A DNA stretch of 64,000 bases from Octopus bimaculoides (lineage: Eukaryota): NCBI RefSeq assembly GCF_001194135.2, contig NC_068984.1, forward strand, positions 31,570,589-31,634,588, in the 5' to 3' direction. Positions 38,908 to 53,240 of the stretch are shown one piece after another. Position 1 is the stretch's first letter. Every line of letters starts with the position of its first letter. The notes below the pieces were generated by a model. The model made no database searches, had not been told where the DNA came from, and saw only the letters and a list, made by a program, of their open reading frames with translations. The position numbers and the translations under genes are program-made.

Positions 38908-39082
38908 TGCAGGAGTGGCTGTGTGGTAAGTAGCTTGCTTACCAACTACATGGTTCTGGGTTCAGTCCCACTGCCTGACACCTTGGGCAAGTGTCTTCTA
39001 CTATAGCCTCGGGCCGACCAAAGCCTTGGGAGTGGATTTGGTAGACAGAAACTGAAAGAAACCCGTCGTATACATGTATATG

Positions 39083-39113
<31 letters not shown>

Positions 39114-39320
39114 TTGTGTGTCTCTGTTTGTCCCCCAACATCGCTTGACAACCAATACTTGTGTGCTTACGTCCCCATAACTTAGCGGTTCAGCCAAAAA
39201 GAACGAGAGAATAAGTACTAGGCTTACAAAGAATAAGCCCTGAAGTCGATTTGCCCGACTAAAGGCGGTGATCCAGCATGGCCAGTGTCAAATGACTGAA
39301 ACAAATAAAAGAGTAAAAGA
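38908..39320 (+). mobile_element. SINE family A, full length
   Basis: caggagtggctgtgtggtaag...ggttcagtcccactg...accttgggcaagtgtcttctactatagcctcgggccgaccaaagcc, internal TA/TG tract, aaagagtaaaag tail. Confidence 0.9.
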
Positions 39321-40357
39321 ATATTCTCTTGAACAACTTCACTGATAAAGAAAGTGAAGACCTACTGCAGAGGCAGCTGCAGTTCTTCTGCACCACATTA
39401 TCCAGGTTTGACTGACTCTGAATATAAATCTGTTTTTCAACAGTGAAGTTTGCCAATGTATTTACCGTATAAGGAACCACTTAATTTAGGGGGCTTAAAA
39501 TTTGGAACAAAGGTTTTGTAAGGGATTATAAAACTATCCACGTATAAGAAACTCCCATATTTTTAAACCAAATTTTTGACAAAAAAGGGTTCCTTACACA
39601 CGTTAAAATATGGTAGTTGTTGTTGATGGATGTTGTTTTTTTATCGGTTGATTATTAATTGTTTTGATTATTTGTATTCATACTGTTTGATCTTAATTTC
39701 ATCATATCTGATGCAATATTCAATGTTAGCTGACAAGCAAATAAAAATTGTAAGAATAGTATACCAAACAAAATTCTTAGTGACATTTTGTCCAACTTTA
39801 CACTTTGAGCTCAAATTCTGTGAAGGTCAACTTTGCCTCTCATCATGGCTGATGATATAATGTACCAATGAAGAACTGGGGTTGTTATAATCAACTTCTT
39901 CCTCCCCCTAAAAAGTACTGGACCTGTGCCAAAATTTGAAACCCTTATTTGTATTAATTTCTTTAATCCCTTTGTCTACTTCTATTTCTTATTATATTTT
40001 CACCTATTCTTTATTTGAATCATCCCCACTACCACCATTGTATTAACAACAAACAAGATGACGACAAATGTCTGTAAAATGTAAATAATGTAAATAATGA
40101 ACAATTCAGATGTTAGGCTCCAAGTGAACACAGACCAAAAGTGTTCCTGCTGTGACCATCTCTGCTGCTTAAGGGTATCTAGGTTCTAATATGCTATATC
40201 ACATTCCTTTTTTTAAGATGCTAGAGTGTATTTGAGGGTGATTTGACTATTATTTATAGCATATTGATCAACCATATAGTGTTTCATTGGGAGAGTGAAA
40301 GGACAAAGAGGCCATTATGCAAAATTTCATCTGCTTGACCATTTGAGAGTTGTTCTT

Positions 40358-40680
40358 TGGCTCAGTGGTTAGAGAGTCAAGCTTACAATCATGAGGCGAT
40401 TCCTGGACCAGGCTGTATGTTGTGTTCTTGAGCAAGACACTTTATTTCATGTTGCTCCAGTTCACTCACCTGTAGAAATGAGTTGCAATGTTACTGGTAC
40501 CATGCAGGATCTACCTTTGCCTTTCCCTTAGATAACAACGTTGGCATTGAGAGGGGAGGTTGGTATGCATGAGTCTTCCATAAATCAACCTTGCCTGGAT
40601 TTGTATCTCAGATGGGTACTTTCTAGGTGCAATCCCACGGTCATTCATGACTGGAGTGGGGTCTTTACACTTTACCCTAT
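40358..40680 (+). mobile_element. SINE family D
   Basis: tggctcagtggttagag...gattcctggaccaggctgtatgttgtgttcttgagcaagacactttatttc..gctccagttcactca. Confidence 0.75.
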
Positions 40681-41239
40681 CTATCACTTTATATACATTT
40701 AAAAGAGAGTTAATAAATATACATTTGTAAACATTTAAAAACACTTAATAAATATACATATAAAAATGCAGTAAGTTCAACTCCTAAACATATGATCATT
40801 TTCATTACTACAAAAATTAAAATCTAATCCATTATTTTCATGCTGATAGAATTAATTTCTCAAGGTAGGCATAAGTGGAGTCATAGATGTATTATGGATT
40901 TTATCCATTAACAAACTGCATGTCACTAAACAAGAGAAATTCATCTTAGGATGTGTCTGCATTGCATTATATTACACGTGATGAAGCTATGTGGCCTGGT
41001 TATTAGATCGTTCAGCTCATGAACAACAAGTAATATATCAAGTTCTTGGACCAGCCAGCATATTTTGCTCTAAGCCAGGTACTTTATTTTCAAAGCTTCA
41101 GTCTATTCAACTATTATAAACACCTGCTGGGTACTGGTGCACCCCTCCTTCCCTATCCCCAGCAGCCACAAGCTGGATGATTCAGTTTGATGAGACTAAA
41201 GAAGTGTCTATGTTCACTTGTAACTACATAGGTACCTAA

Positions 41240-41460
41240 AATAATCCTTTCTACTGTAAGCATAAGGCCTGAAATTTTGAGGGAGGGATAAGTTGATGAA
41301 AGCAACCCCAGTACTTGACTGGTACTTAATTTATTGACTCTGAAAGGATGAAAGGCAAAGTTGACCTCAGTAGACTTTGAACTCAGAACGTAGCGACAGG
41401 TGAAGTGCCATTAAGTGTTTCATCCAGCGCACTAACGATTCTGCCAGCTTGCCATCTTAT
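41240..41460 (-). mobile_element. SINE family B
   Basis: ccccagtacttgactggtacttaattttattgactctgaaaggatgaaaggcaaagttgacctcag...ctgccagcttgcc. Confidence 0.8.
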
Positions 41461-42804
41461 AGATACCTAAAATAATGAAACTAAAACATGGTACATGCTG
41501 CCAGGACATACTTGGTCACAAGTGACTGCTAAATGTACTGTACTAATGTTATTACTAGTCATCAAAGTTTTAGGAATCATGCAAATGATAAGAGAATGAT
41601 TTTTATAACATTTTATTGTGGATATCATCATCATCATTTTATGTCATTTTGTCTCTGCTGGCATGGGTTATATGGGTCACTGTCAGCCCAGCATTTTCTC
41701 ATTTTCGTGGTTACTTCTCATCTGGTTATTGATATTTACGTGCCCTTACTACTCTACTCTGACATATAGAATTGATGGACCATTCATCTATGAACCAAGG
41801 TATATCAGGCATACATGTACTCATTATCTATCTATGATTGAGAAACATGCTCCCGGGGTTGTAGAATTCCAGTGAATAGAGTTGGTGTTCCATTGTAGGT
41901 ACTTGAAATATATAAACTAAATTACATTGTTAGACTGAGTATCAAACCCACTCCTTAATTATGCAATTTTAAACCAATTTCTCGAGCCATCTGACTGTAT
42001 AGTCTCAGTTGATTCAATCATATCTGGTGTTGACTAACTGAAACATAAATATTTACTGCCATTAATTTCCAAACATGTCAACAATGGCAGCATTAACATA
42101 GAGAATAGACTGACATCTAGTTGCATATCATCAGGTGTAACCAGTGACTGTAACTGGACCGAATGTCTATGGCTTTCAGCAATGGAACAAGGAATGGCTT
42201 TTGCTTTGTAGGTATTGGACAGCTAAAAGAAACCAATATAAAGTGATTATCTGGAATGTGACCTCAGACTAAGTTGACTAATCTTGCAAGTTGCAAGTCA
42301 GAACAGTTACAGTTACTACATCTCAAATCTTTCCTGGTTTCCACTTCTGCAATCTATTTTTATCTCTAATTTTATCACTTCACCCTTCTCCATACTCATT
42401 GTAAATCCTTTCCATAAGAGAATTTTTGTTCCCTTATGTGTATTCTTCTGGTGTCCATTTTGTCTCTCAGTTAACTAATATTACATCATACAAGCATGCA
42501 GACATTACAAATCCAATGGAATATACTTAGCATATTTTTTTCCAGCTTTTGCACCTCCTCTGCATTTAATATCCATGTCTCCTTATTAAGCAATGTGACA
42601 TTTTACATACAAGTATCATACAGTCTGCTTTTCACTCAATAAGTGAAAGTTTTGGTTGCCAACGAAGGATCAAAGTATAATGTTGGCTTGATAAAGAATC
42701 AGGTCTCAACATTTCAACTGCTTTTTACTTTCAAGATTTTCCCTTCAGCTCTGCTTTTCCTGCAGATTGCCACTGCCACCACCACCACCACCACTACCAC
42801 CACC

Positions 42805-42843
<39 letters not shown>

Positions 42844-43590
42844 ATTTTACATCTGCATTGAATGGGTCCTTTCAAACTCTGCACACCATTGCATGTTGCA
42901 TATGTTAGGTATCTCATTTGCGAGGTTCCACTTTCAATACTTCAGCCCATGCCATCCTTGGACTTTTCCTGGAGTTTCCTTACATGTGGACTTCCTCTCA
43001 TCTTTCGACCTAGTTATCAATATCCATATGCATTACATACCAGTGCCAATACAGGTGTCTCTCTTGCACTCTACACCTTATTCTTCTGAGAACAAAATTT
43101 TCTTTCAGCTCAAATGTACTTTACTGTTCATGTGGTTCTTTAAACCAAACATAATTAACATTTCTCCCACTACTCTACATATCTACAAAGGTCATTAACC
43201 TGAATTGTGAATTTAAATGATATAAAAGTTGAGAAAATTTTACTGCTGGAAAACTACAGTTGGTGACATTTTATAATATCGATACTATTCCTGAAATGCG
43301 TAGAGTAGTTCATGGTGGGGTAACTTGCACTCGTTTATTATGTAAATAAATGAGCTGGGAAGAGAAGACGTGTTTTAATCAATATGAAAGTGAGAATGCA
43401 GGAAAACCAATTGTTAGTCTTTTCTTTCTTTCATCCAATGATTGATATTAAGATTTCTTGACTATTATTGCAAAAGCTAACAGAACTAGAAGCTGTAACA
43501 TCTTAAGAGTAAATGGTAGAAGAGTGGCAGTAGCTCTTAGTTTAATTCTCAGTACAATGGCAGGTTTTCCATTCTGCAACAATGTGTCCT

Positions 43591-44225
43591 TCAATCATGC
43601 ATTCATGTAAATGGTTTATTCAAATTCTTGTCTTATTGCAAGGCCATTAACCTTATTTAAATTGTCCAATATCATTACAACACAGCCCTTATTCACAGTC
43701 AAAGTAAGAAAAAGGAAGCACTTTCCACACGTTACAGTTGTTTTAGAACTCCATTGGATAATTGCTCAAATTGTTTTCATCACTGCATAAATTAATGTGT
43801 TTGTAAGTGACTATTTCGTTATGCTGATTAGTTTCCTCATTTATACAATCAAACACAAAGTTAGCAACAGATAGCATTACTTGGTAAAATCTGGAACCCA
43901 AGTAGACTTTTCATGGTTTGGTCATGGTAAACATATCCATTAGAAAGTTAGTCTGAACTTTTCTACAAATTATCCAATAGATAGGGTTGCTTGGTCTCTG
44001 AGGTTTTCAGTATCTAACAGATGGCCAAAATCTTGATTTATCATTTCATGAGCGATTATTCAGTGGTGTTCTTAAACAGCTGTAACATGGAGAAAGTGCT
44101 TTCTTGCTCTTACTTTCACTTTGAATAAGGGCTGTGTTATAATGATATTGGGAAATTTAAATAAGGCTAATGGCTTGCAATAAGACAAGAATTTGAATAA
44201 GCCATTTACATGAATGCATGATTGA
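43591..44225. mobile_element. Long inverted-repeat element (arms 43591-43768 and 44049-44225; ~280 bp spacer)
   Basis: tcaatcatgcattcatgtaaatgg.ttattcaaattcttgtcttattgcaag..ccatta.ccttatttaaatt matches its reverse complement at 44160-44225; weaker outer match at 43518-27 / 44270-79. Confidence 0.7.
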
Positions 44226-47200
44226 TGGCCACATTTTCATTCAACAGAATTTCAAAGCCATTTTGACATCCACTCTTCTTCTCAGAATCTAGCTAATTCT
44301 CACTCTTCCCTAACATGAAGCAAGAAACAAGCTCAGTCACTGTCTTCTATATTCTGTAGTTGCAAATATGTGAGAAATTTCAGTTTCATTACTCTCTATC
44401 AAAGTGTAGATAGAAGTTCTTTAACATAGGTAATGTGTGTCGGAAATCATTTGGAAATAACATGGTTTAAAGTTTAAGCACATCTTTGAAGTCTTTGACT
44501 TAATTCACTAATGACATGATTATAATTTTTCATGAGCTGTACTGTGACTATATTGGTATCAAAACATATAGCAACAAAAGATGATAAACCATCATTGTCA
44601 TCATTTGATATCTGTCTTCCATGCTAGCAGATCTTCTTTGGCATAGTTTCATGGTTAGAGACCCTTCCCAACATGAGTCACTTTACAGTTTGTTCTGAGT
44701 TTTCTTTTTCATGACATTAGCATTAGGAAAATCACCAAATAACTTACAACAGCATCCCTCTTGTCTGATTGTAGGTATTATAGGGAGGGGGGTTGCTTCA
44801 TACCAGATGTTGAGAGACAAATGTATGTATGATAGAGGGACATAAGCAGGTGTCATGCAGTAGAAAAGACACATGGCTACCTCAGGCAGAAAAAGAGATA
44901 AAGATGGTGGTGACTAGGTGCCAGAGTATACTCTCAAGCTCTAAGAAGGTGAGTATTAGAAAGAATAGAGAAGGGTGGATGTGTAAGTTACAAATATGCA
45001 AAAGGAAAGTGAGATAGTAAAAACTGAGATAGAGGTGAATGTAGTGAGTGGTTAGCAATGGTGGAGGAATAGTCAATGGTGAAAAGTAAAAGAAAAAGCT
45101 TTACATGTAAGCAATACAGAATACTGGATTTGGACCTTAATATTTACATTAAGTATTAAATAATTATCTATGTCTGAAAAAGACCAAAAAACTATGCTCC
45201 TTTACTATCAAATGGAAAACAAAAGGGAAGGGAATAGCATGTCCAGTGAATGACACAAGAATACAATTGCATGAAGAGATGTGGGGGCTGAATTGTCATT
45301 GCTACCTCAGCTGTCACCATTGTCATCATCATTTTACATTAGGACAGTTTGACAAGATCAAGCAGACTAGAGAGCCATTATTTACAGCAATGTCTTGGTC
45401 AAAGCAGTGTTTCTGTGTTAAGAGGCCCTTCCTTACACTAACTACAAAATGCATCCACAGTGTACTGGATGTATTTTATCATAACAACAGCATTATCAAG
45501 GTTGTCTTGCCTTCAGCAAAACTAAAGTGAGCCTTCAAAAGCTCTAGATCGTCAGTGCTCAATCCAATTTACCAATCATGTACAAAATCTACTGATTGTT
45601 ATTTCATAGCATTAACACTACAAGGGTCACCTTGTAGCTTGCAAAATGACAAAGAATTCCCATGAGTGAATGTCTTCACATACATCAGCTCTAAATATTG
45701 ATTTCATCTTAACTTTTAGAAATTGTATATCTAGTATCACCTTATCTAATATGTCCTTCATTTTTTAAAACAGTAGGGTGGGATTTGAAGGATAGTTAGC
45801 TGCTATATTTAAGACATCAAAAAGTTATCAAGGATCTCCCTTGTTGGGTCACCAATCAAATTATTATGTACATAGTCAACAGTATATACAGCTATATGGA
45901 ACACAAGCATGATTAGTTGAAAGACAAATGGTAAATAGGTGATAATGTATCTCAGAACTGTAGATATGATTTTAACATTCTAATTAAATTAATGAATTAG
46001 GTGAGATATTTTATTTTCACTATTTTACATTTCTTCCATAATAGCAGTATAGATGAAGGAAAACAAATACTAAATGATGATGATGATGATAATGAAAGTG
46101 GTGGTGTTGGTGATGGTGGTGGTGATGATGATGACAAATATGATCATTAGAAAGATGGCAATATGCCATCTCAAGTGCTGAACCCCCAACTATAAAGTAA
46201 GAATTTTATCGAAGTCATGTAAACTGAAACAAGTTGTTGCATTCCCCAAACCAGCCCTGATCAAGTAAAAGTATGATCAAATACATTCCAGCTGTGGCCA
46301 CCCCACCATGTTTTGTATATTAGCAACTAAATTTTCTTCTCTTTCTTTATTTATTTAAGACTGTAGAAGGGGATTTGAGGCAAGCTTAGTTGATATTTTT
46401 AGCAGACAGAGTGATTGCATAAAGTCTTCCTCATCAGCCTGGTTGAATAAATGCAAATATATATATATATTCTTCAATGGCAGTAGTTCGATATTTCAGC
46501 TATTGTGTCTTTATTTCTTTGCACTATATTCAAAATATATCATTTCTCATCAAATGGCATCAGTTTTGTGGGGGTTTTATATTCTTCTAAGATTTTAATA
46601 TATAAGCTGATAATAGACTTCTTAAAATATCTATAAAAAAAAATAAGTACTTATTTTTGAATTTATGTTATTTACCTCATTGTTTTACATTACATATGTG
46701 CACAGTGTACAGAAGCTCATATGTATTTGTATGGAAAGAATGAAATCCTGTGTAATACAGAGAAATATATTGAGAGAAAATGTGTAATTTTTATTGTTTA
46801 TGTATATTCATTTCTGTATCTATATATGTGATTTTGTGTGTGTATAATTCAGAAGTATATGTGTGTATAGGTGCATAGATGTTTCCTTTTATAGTCCTTT
46901 TATGCATCAGAGATATTTACAAGTGTGCCTCCTTGTGTTTGCACAAATATGCGAAAAGATCCAAATGTAGCTATTTATGTATGTATATAAGATTCTATGT
47001 GTGTCCATACGTATGTATCAAATTGTGTAACAATTTACTGCTGTCAGTGAATGTGTAAATGTGTCTGCTTGCATGATTTTGTAATTTGCCGGAAAAGAAG
47101 AAATCTTAGCAAGAAAAGACAAATAAATAAATAAATGTTTCCTAATAAATTTGCTTCCTCTCATAAAGTGACTTTTAGGCACAAGAGAATTATATTTGAT

Positions 47201-48039
47201 GTCTTTTGAAGAAACAATTATAACCTAACTTGATAAGATCTATCAGTATTGTAGATAAATTCAGCAGAAAACATTTTGGAACCGGAAATTATTCCGAGAA
47301 ACAATTTGGTTCTAAAATGTTTAATAATAAAGAATCATGCCATGAGGTATTATTCTGAGGTATTTGGAACTATTCAATAAAATAACATCATTGTGATTGG
47401 ATAAATGCTGACACTAAGTGAGAAGGTTAACTGTTGGGGAAGAACAGAGTGTGAGATAGCCGTATTTGCTTTGTTTAAGTGACAAATGTTAACATCTAAA
47501 TCATTTTTTTATCTTCAGGGAAAAACTTGTGGTTTTTAATGTGTTCTTTTTTTTATTTCAGCTACTCTTTACTTTTTAAGATTTTTTGTTCTATCATAAT
47601 TTAATTAGAGGTGAAGCAGTACAATGCCTGTAGTAATTTTAAGCCTTGTTAGACTTGAATGAAAGACATAGGATTGAGGCAGATCTAATAATGTCTTGAG
47701 GTTTAGTTCGAATGTTAGAAGTTAAGCTTTTTAAAATGGGAAAATATGTGTGGAGTGGAAATTCACGAGGGAGGGGATTCTGAGAAGGAAATATTACACA
47801 ATGTTTTGTGTAGTAGTTGTTGAGTGAATAAAGCAAAATGAAAATGGTTGGAAGGGAAAAAAAAACTGTCGGACAATGATGTAAAAAGAAAGCAAAATCG
47901 TCACTTACAACTGAGTATAACCTGGTAGCTTGTACTACGATTTCTGCAATTGTTTTAGGGATCTTTGTAGTTGCAGGCAGAAATAGACACCTACTCAGTC
48001 ATCCCACACTTGACATTGTGGAACATCAAGGATATGATA

Positions 48040-48220
48040 CCTAGAGGGAGAGAGGGCAGCACCAGTAACTTGCTAGTACTCATTTCCATCTTAGTAGACT
48101 AGAACAATGTGAAAAGAAGTGTCTTGATCAAGCACATATGTTGCCCAGTGCCAGAATCAAACCTATTGCCATATGATGACAGTGAGTTTAAAACTCTAAC
48201 TAAATGGCAATATGCCTTGA
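48040..48220 (-). mobile_element. SINE family D, decayed
   Basis: gactagaacaatgtgaaaagaagtgtcttgatcaagcaca...ccagaatcaaacc. Confidence 0.5.
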
Positions 48221-48434
48221 CCCACTTGGACAATGATGCTGTAGTTGAAAACTATTTCGAAAAGCTGTTCAGTTGTCAAACATGAGACCTGGCAATAATT
48301 ATTGGAGTTGGACCATCACAAAACCAGATTTACTATGCACAAAGGAGAAATAGTGGCTTTTGAAACAATGAATCAAACACTTTGAAAGTTGCATATTTCC
48401 ATTTGGCTTCGTTATTAGTTAATGATTTACTTCT

Positions 48435-48650
48435 TTTGCAAGCTGGCAGAATCGATTGCATGCTGGGCAAAATAGTTAATAGCATTTCATCTGCTTAAAT
48501 GTTCTGAGTTCAAATTCCAGTGAGGTCGACTGTACTATTCATCTTTTCAGGGTTGATAAAATAAATACCAGTTGTGGACTGGGGTCGATGTAATCGATTT
48601 ATACCCACCCCCAAAATTTCAGGCTTCGTGCCAATAGTAGAAATGATTAT
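48435..48650 (+). mobile_element. SINE family B
   Basis: gttctgagttcaaattccagtgaggtcgact...ttcatcttttcagggttgataaaataaataccagttgtggactggggtcgatgtaatcga. Confidence 0.8.
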
Positions 48651-49454
48651 TTACTGCTCTTGAGTGATATACAAATAAAATTACACACATACATATACAC
48701 ACGTGTGTGTGTGTGCGTGCGAACGTGCTTGTATCTGTGTGCGTATGCATGTGTGGTAAATGAAAGACAGAAGATACAAGAATTTTTATTAATCACAACA
48801 ATTGCTTTGACACTTTTGGTATCGATCCCTCATGGGTGGGATACTTAACAACTGGTTCAGGAGCATCCAATGGTGCAAATATGTCTCATTGGGTGATAGA
48901 TAGATATGACTCATTAAAATACCAGTTCCACAATATATCTTCTCATTTCATGTAAAGAAAAGTAGCAAAACAAAGGATATATCTTCATTTATATGGAAGA
49001 TCAAAAATAAAATAACATATGCGAAAAAGAAATGAACACACAATCCATTATTTTATTTTTGATCTTCTATATAAACGAAGATATATCCTTTGTTCTGTTG
49101 CTTTTCTTTACACAAAATAAGAAGATACATTGCGGAACTGTTATTTTGATGAGTTATATCTATTTATCACTCAAAGAGATACATCTGCACTATTGGATGC
49201 TCCTAAGCCAGTTGTTAAGTATCCTACCCATGAGAGATTACTGCTAGATATGTCAAAACAATTATCGTGGTTAATTAAAATTCTCATATCTTCCATCTTC
49301 AGTCTTTCATTTACCATATGAATAACAGACACTGTGAAAGTGACTGAGCTTTACCAGCAAGCCACCAGATATAAACCATTCATTTTATTATCTAATATAT
49401 ATACTAGGTGCACTGAATAAACTGTTGTCTAAATTATGCAAAAATGAAAATAAC

Positions 49455-50018
49455 ACTGACATCTTATTTTAACATATATTTACCAAAATTACATAAAGGT
49501 ATCTTCACATACTCAAGAGTAATAATTTTCAATAAAATCGCCATTGGTTTCAACCATAACCTCTGGATGACTTCGGAATCTCCTGCAACTCTTCTGGATG
49601 GTCTCCTTGTTTAACTTGGTGAATGTTGCCATAATCCTTGCTTTCAGTTCATCTTTGGTGTTACAAGGAGTTTTGTTGGTCTCTCACTCAACTGCACCTA
49701 CACATAGTAATCAAGGGGGTTGCAGTCTGAGGAGTTAGTTGGTCATATGACTGGGGTAATGTGGTCGCAGAAATTGTCTGACAGCCATGACTGGGTTCTC
49801 CTGCATGTATGGCATGGTGCAGAGTCCTGTTGCCAGACATAGGGTCTTCCAGCAGCCACCATCTTCACCCAGGGCAACACTACTTCCTCCAGGCACTTGA
49901 TTTAGGTTTCTGTGTTGAGTGTGAGGCCGTGTGAGAAGATGAATGGAGACATAACGTTGCCATCACTAGTGATCACTCCAAACACCATGATATTTGATTT
50001 TATCACTCTTGGTATACG
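49455..50018 (-). mobile_element. DD37D (maT) transposon 3' half
   Basis: Reverse complement aligns with 10590-11110 (MVFGVITSDGNV, PYVWQQDSAPCH, DCNPLDY, NTKDELKARI). Confidence 0.85.
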
Positions 50019-52599
50019 TCTTCAGATTGCATTATCCTCAGATTGACAAGCGTCCAAACATTCTACACATATACATGTACTCTTAACGTAACTCTTTGCC
50101 AGAATTAGCATGATAGTGCATGTGACAATGCTGTATCTTTTGAATTTACACGTACAACGTTTTTGGCAGGCTTCTATATGATTTTTATCAAATCAGTTTC
50201 TATCATTAGTTATGCTCAAAGCCAAGCTCTTAGAAAATGCTCAAGATGCTTTGCTTGGATTGAGCCAAGAACCTCATGGATGTGTAACAAGAAGACACAG
50301 TGTAGCTAATTGTTAAGTAGACTGTTTCACATCCACAAAGTATAAGGTTCATACCATTTTGTGGTGTTTTGAGTGAATGTAATTTTCTATTGCCCTGGGT
50401 TGACTCATTCCTTGTCAGGGAAATTGGATAGACAAAAAGTGTATACAAGTCTGTTGTGTGAATCGTATCTCTTATGCATAGTGCCACACTGGTTCTGTGT
50501 GAAATTCCCAGCCACTTATACTTTAATTCAGAAGCATTTAATGCAGTTAATTGAACAATTGAATCCTCATTGTCGAATGACAGAGATCCCCCCCCCCTGC
50601 CCATTCCCATTCCAAATCCATCTCTAATTCTCTTTGCTTTCCATCTCTCTTCTCTGTATCTGATAAAACACACAGAGTGGGGTTGATTAAATAATGTTAT
50701 GTCATTTCACTATTAATACACCTAATCAAAACAAATCATGAATAATTAGAATAGCAGTCACTCAAGTTTGCCATTCTCTTGCAATTATTGATCTTAAACT
50801 TAAAGAAGACACCCTTATGAAGCTTTTGTGAATTACTGATAAACTGCTGTTTGCTAGGTTAAACTATTAATTCTTTCTTTTTCCATAGTGTATTGTACTG
50901 AGGACGTGATAGCCTAATCTCTTCAAAACCAAAAAATGCAATTATTACATATGTTACGGTAACTGATTTGCTTTAAATTTTTTGACCTGGAGACAGGTAA
51001 AACTCTGAAAGTCACTTCTAAATCTCCCCGTCACTAAATATACAAATCTTTACAAAAGCTTCACAATCTTCGATCTTCATATTAATGCTGTCTTTTAACA
51101 ATATCATTGTCATTGTCACATTGTTGTTAGTAGTGTTGTTGTTGCTGTCAGTATTGGCTGTATCATCATTGTCTTCTGAATACTAGGCCATATCAAATTA
51201 TGTTTTTTCGAGACTCTTGAACCCAAAGAGAAGATGAAGATCCCTCAATTTTATTGATGTTATTGGTAGTGACATACAGCATTACCAAAGCCAATGTGGA
51301 GCATAAATTTCTGACACAATATAGTGAGATGCATTTTTGTTGCAGCCACTTGAAGAAAACTCCATTTAATCTACTATATTCTTTTCCTAAAATTATTCCA
51401 GTTCAGACCTGCAGTCTGCTATTCCATTATCTCTTCCTTCATTGTTACTGCTGTTATTTGGCACTAGGTCAGTCTTGATGGAAGAGACACAATCAAAGGC
51501 TTTCAATCTACAGGCATCCCATATTTTTTCAAACAATCTGAATTCAAAACCACATAATCAAATGTTACCTCTTCTTAATGATATGAGGGAGATTGTGTTG
51601 CTATATCCAACATAATGAATGACTACATAGAGGCACATAGCAGCACATTTTTTTTCTCTACACGTTACAATATACAGAAATTCACATAGATTAACCACAT
51701 GTATTTCACCAGTCAGGAAGAGACAATAAATGTAGCTTTATCGCAATCAAGAACAAAAAGAAACCAAGCCTAATTTTTCAGCTAACAGCACAGAATCTCA
51801 GTCATTCTAGATCATAAAAACTAAGTATTGCTTTCAGTTTGTATATAAGTGCTTCTTGGGACCTGTGTTCAAATTACTGTCTCTACTACGGTGTGTTCAA
51901 ATATCCAGATTTGTAACAAAAGAAAAACATACATCAAATAGCTATTAACTCTGTTTATGGATACACATAGACACATCTATGTGTGTGTGTGCACATGCGC
52001 ATGTGTGTGTGTGTGCATGTGTGTGCGTGCGTGTGTGTGTATCAGTGTTCATACATATGCACATGATTTTATGTGGTTGAGTGTGCATGCATGTGTATAT
52101 CTAAGACATTTTGATCATTTCTTGTCAATAATAACCACTTCAGTTACTGTGTCCAACAATAAGAAGATACTTGCAACAATGCTTTCATACTCAAATTACC
52201 AACAAGTTCTACAGACCAGTTAAAGATTTTCCAATTAACTATGATCTGTGATTTACAGATAATGACTGTTCAGGTTGGATGTTGTAGTGGTGGTGGTGGA
52301 GGTAGTGGTAGTTGTGTGGAATGTGTTGATAGGGGAGTTGTTTGTAAGGAATACCAAGGTTGATTAATGGCATGCATCATCTGGTCAAGTGGGATTCACT
52401 AATAAACTACCAGACATAATCACCTCATTTCACAATATTTCTGAATTCTGAGAAGAAGAAGAAGAAAAAAAAAAGTAGTAAAAGGATAGACAAAAGCAAA
52501 ACAAAACATTTAAAGTTTGGTTGTGTTATTTCGTGGTTTGGTGGTCAGTAAAAGAAGAGATATTTCTTCTCTTCGCCTCAGCCATTACATTACATTACA

Positions 52600-53240
52600 A
52601 CGCCATTGACGCCGCTGCCACCGCGACCACCACCATCACCACCACCATTACCATCACCGCCATCATCACCAACAGGATCAGCAGCAAAACCAAACAACAG
52701 CCCCATGATCATCACATCTTCATCATGAAACCTGTCATCACCACACCCACACCCACATCCAACACTCTCTTCTCTACCATCAATACCTTCTCCACCATCA
52801 CTACATATTCACCATCACTCTCACTCAGGTACCATCAACATCATCACTGTTTTTTTACCATAAGTTTACTATCATTGCCACCGCCACCACCACCACCACC
52901 ACCACCAACACCACCACCAACACCACCACCAACACCACCAACACCAACACCACCACCACCATCACCACCTCCTCCTCCACATCAACCCTCTCCATCTTCA
53001 TCACCCTTTTCCTCATCATTGCAAATACTGCTATTACCATTGCTAATATCAGTATGACCTCTGTTAACATTATCATCATCTCCACTACACCACAGCATTT
53101 TAACTATTAGTACTGTTACTACCTTTGGTTTCATCCCTTCCACCAACATCATCATTACCAGCATCACCTCCATCACTCCATTTTCATCCTTAACATCACT
53201 ATCTTCATCAGTATCACACACTCTACCACCACCACCACCA
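52600..53240. repeat. (ACC/ATC)n low-complexity tract
   Basis: Seen directly. Confidence 0.9.

Noticed and set aside
35397-49270. Faint resemblance of some candidate exon peptides to FAM227-like proteins
   Set aside because: Only scattered short matches from memory, and the conserved core of that family is absent; not supportable.
52521-53221. 178-aa Thr/Pro/His-rich ORF and antisense ORFs
   Set aside because: Derived from the (ACC/ATC)n low-complexity tract.
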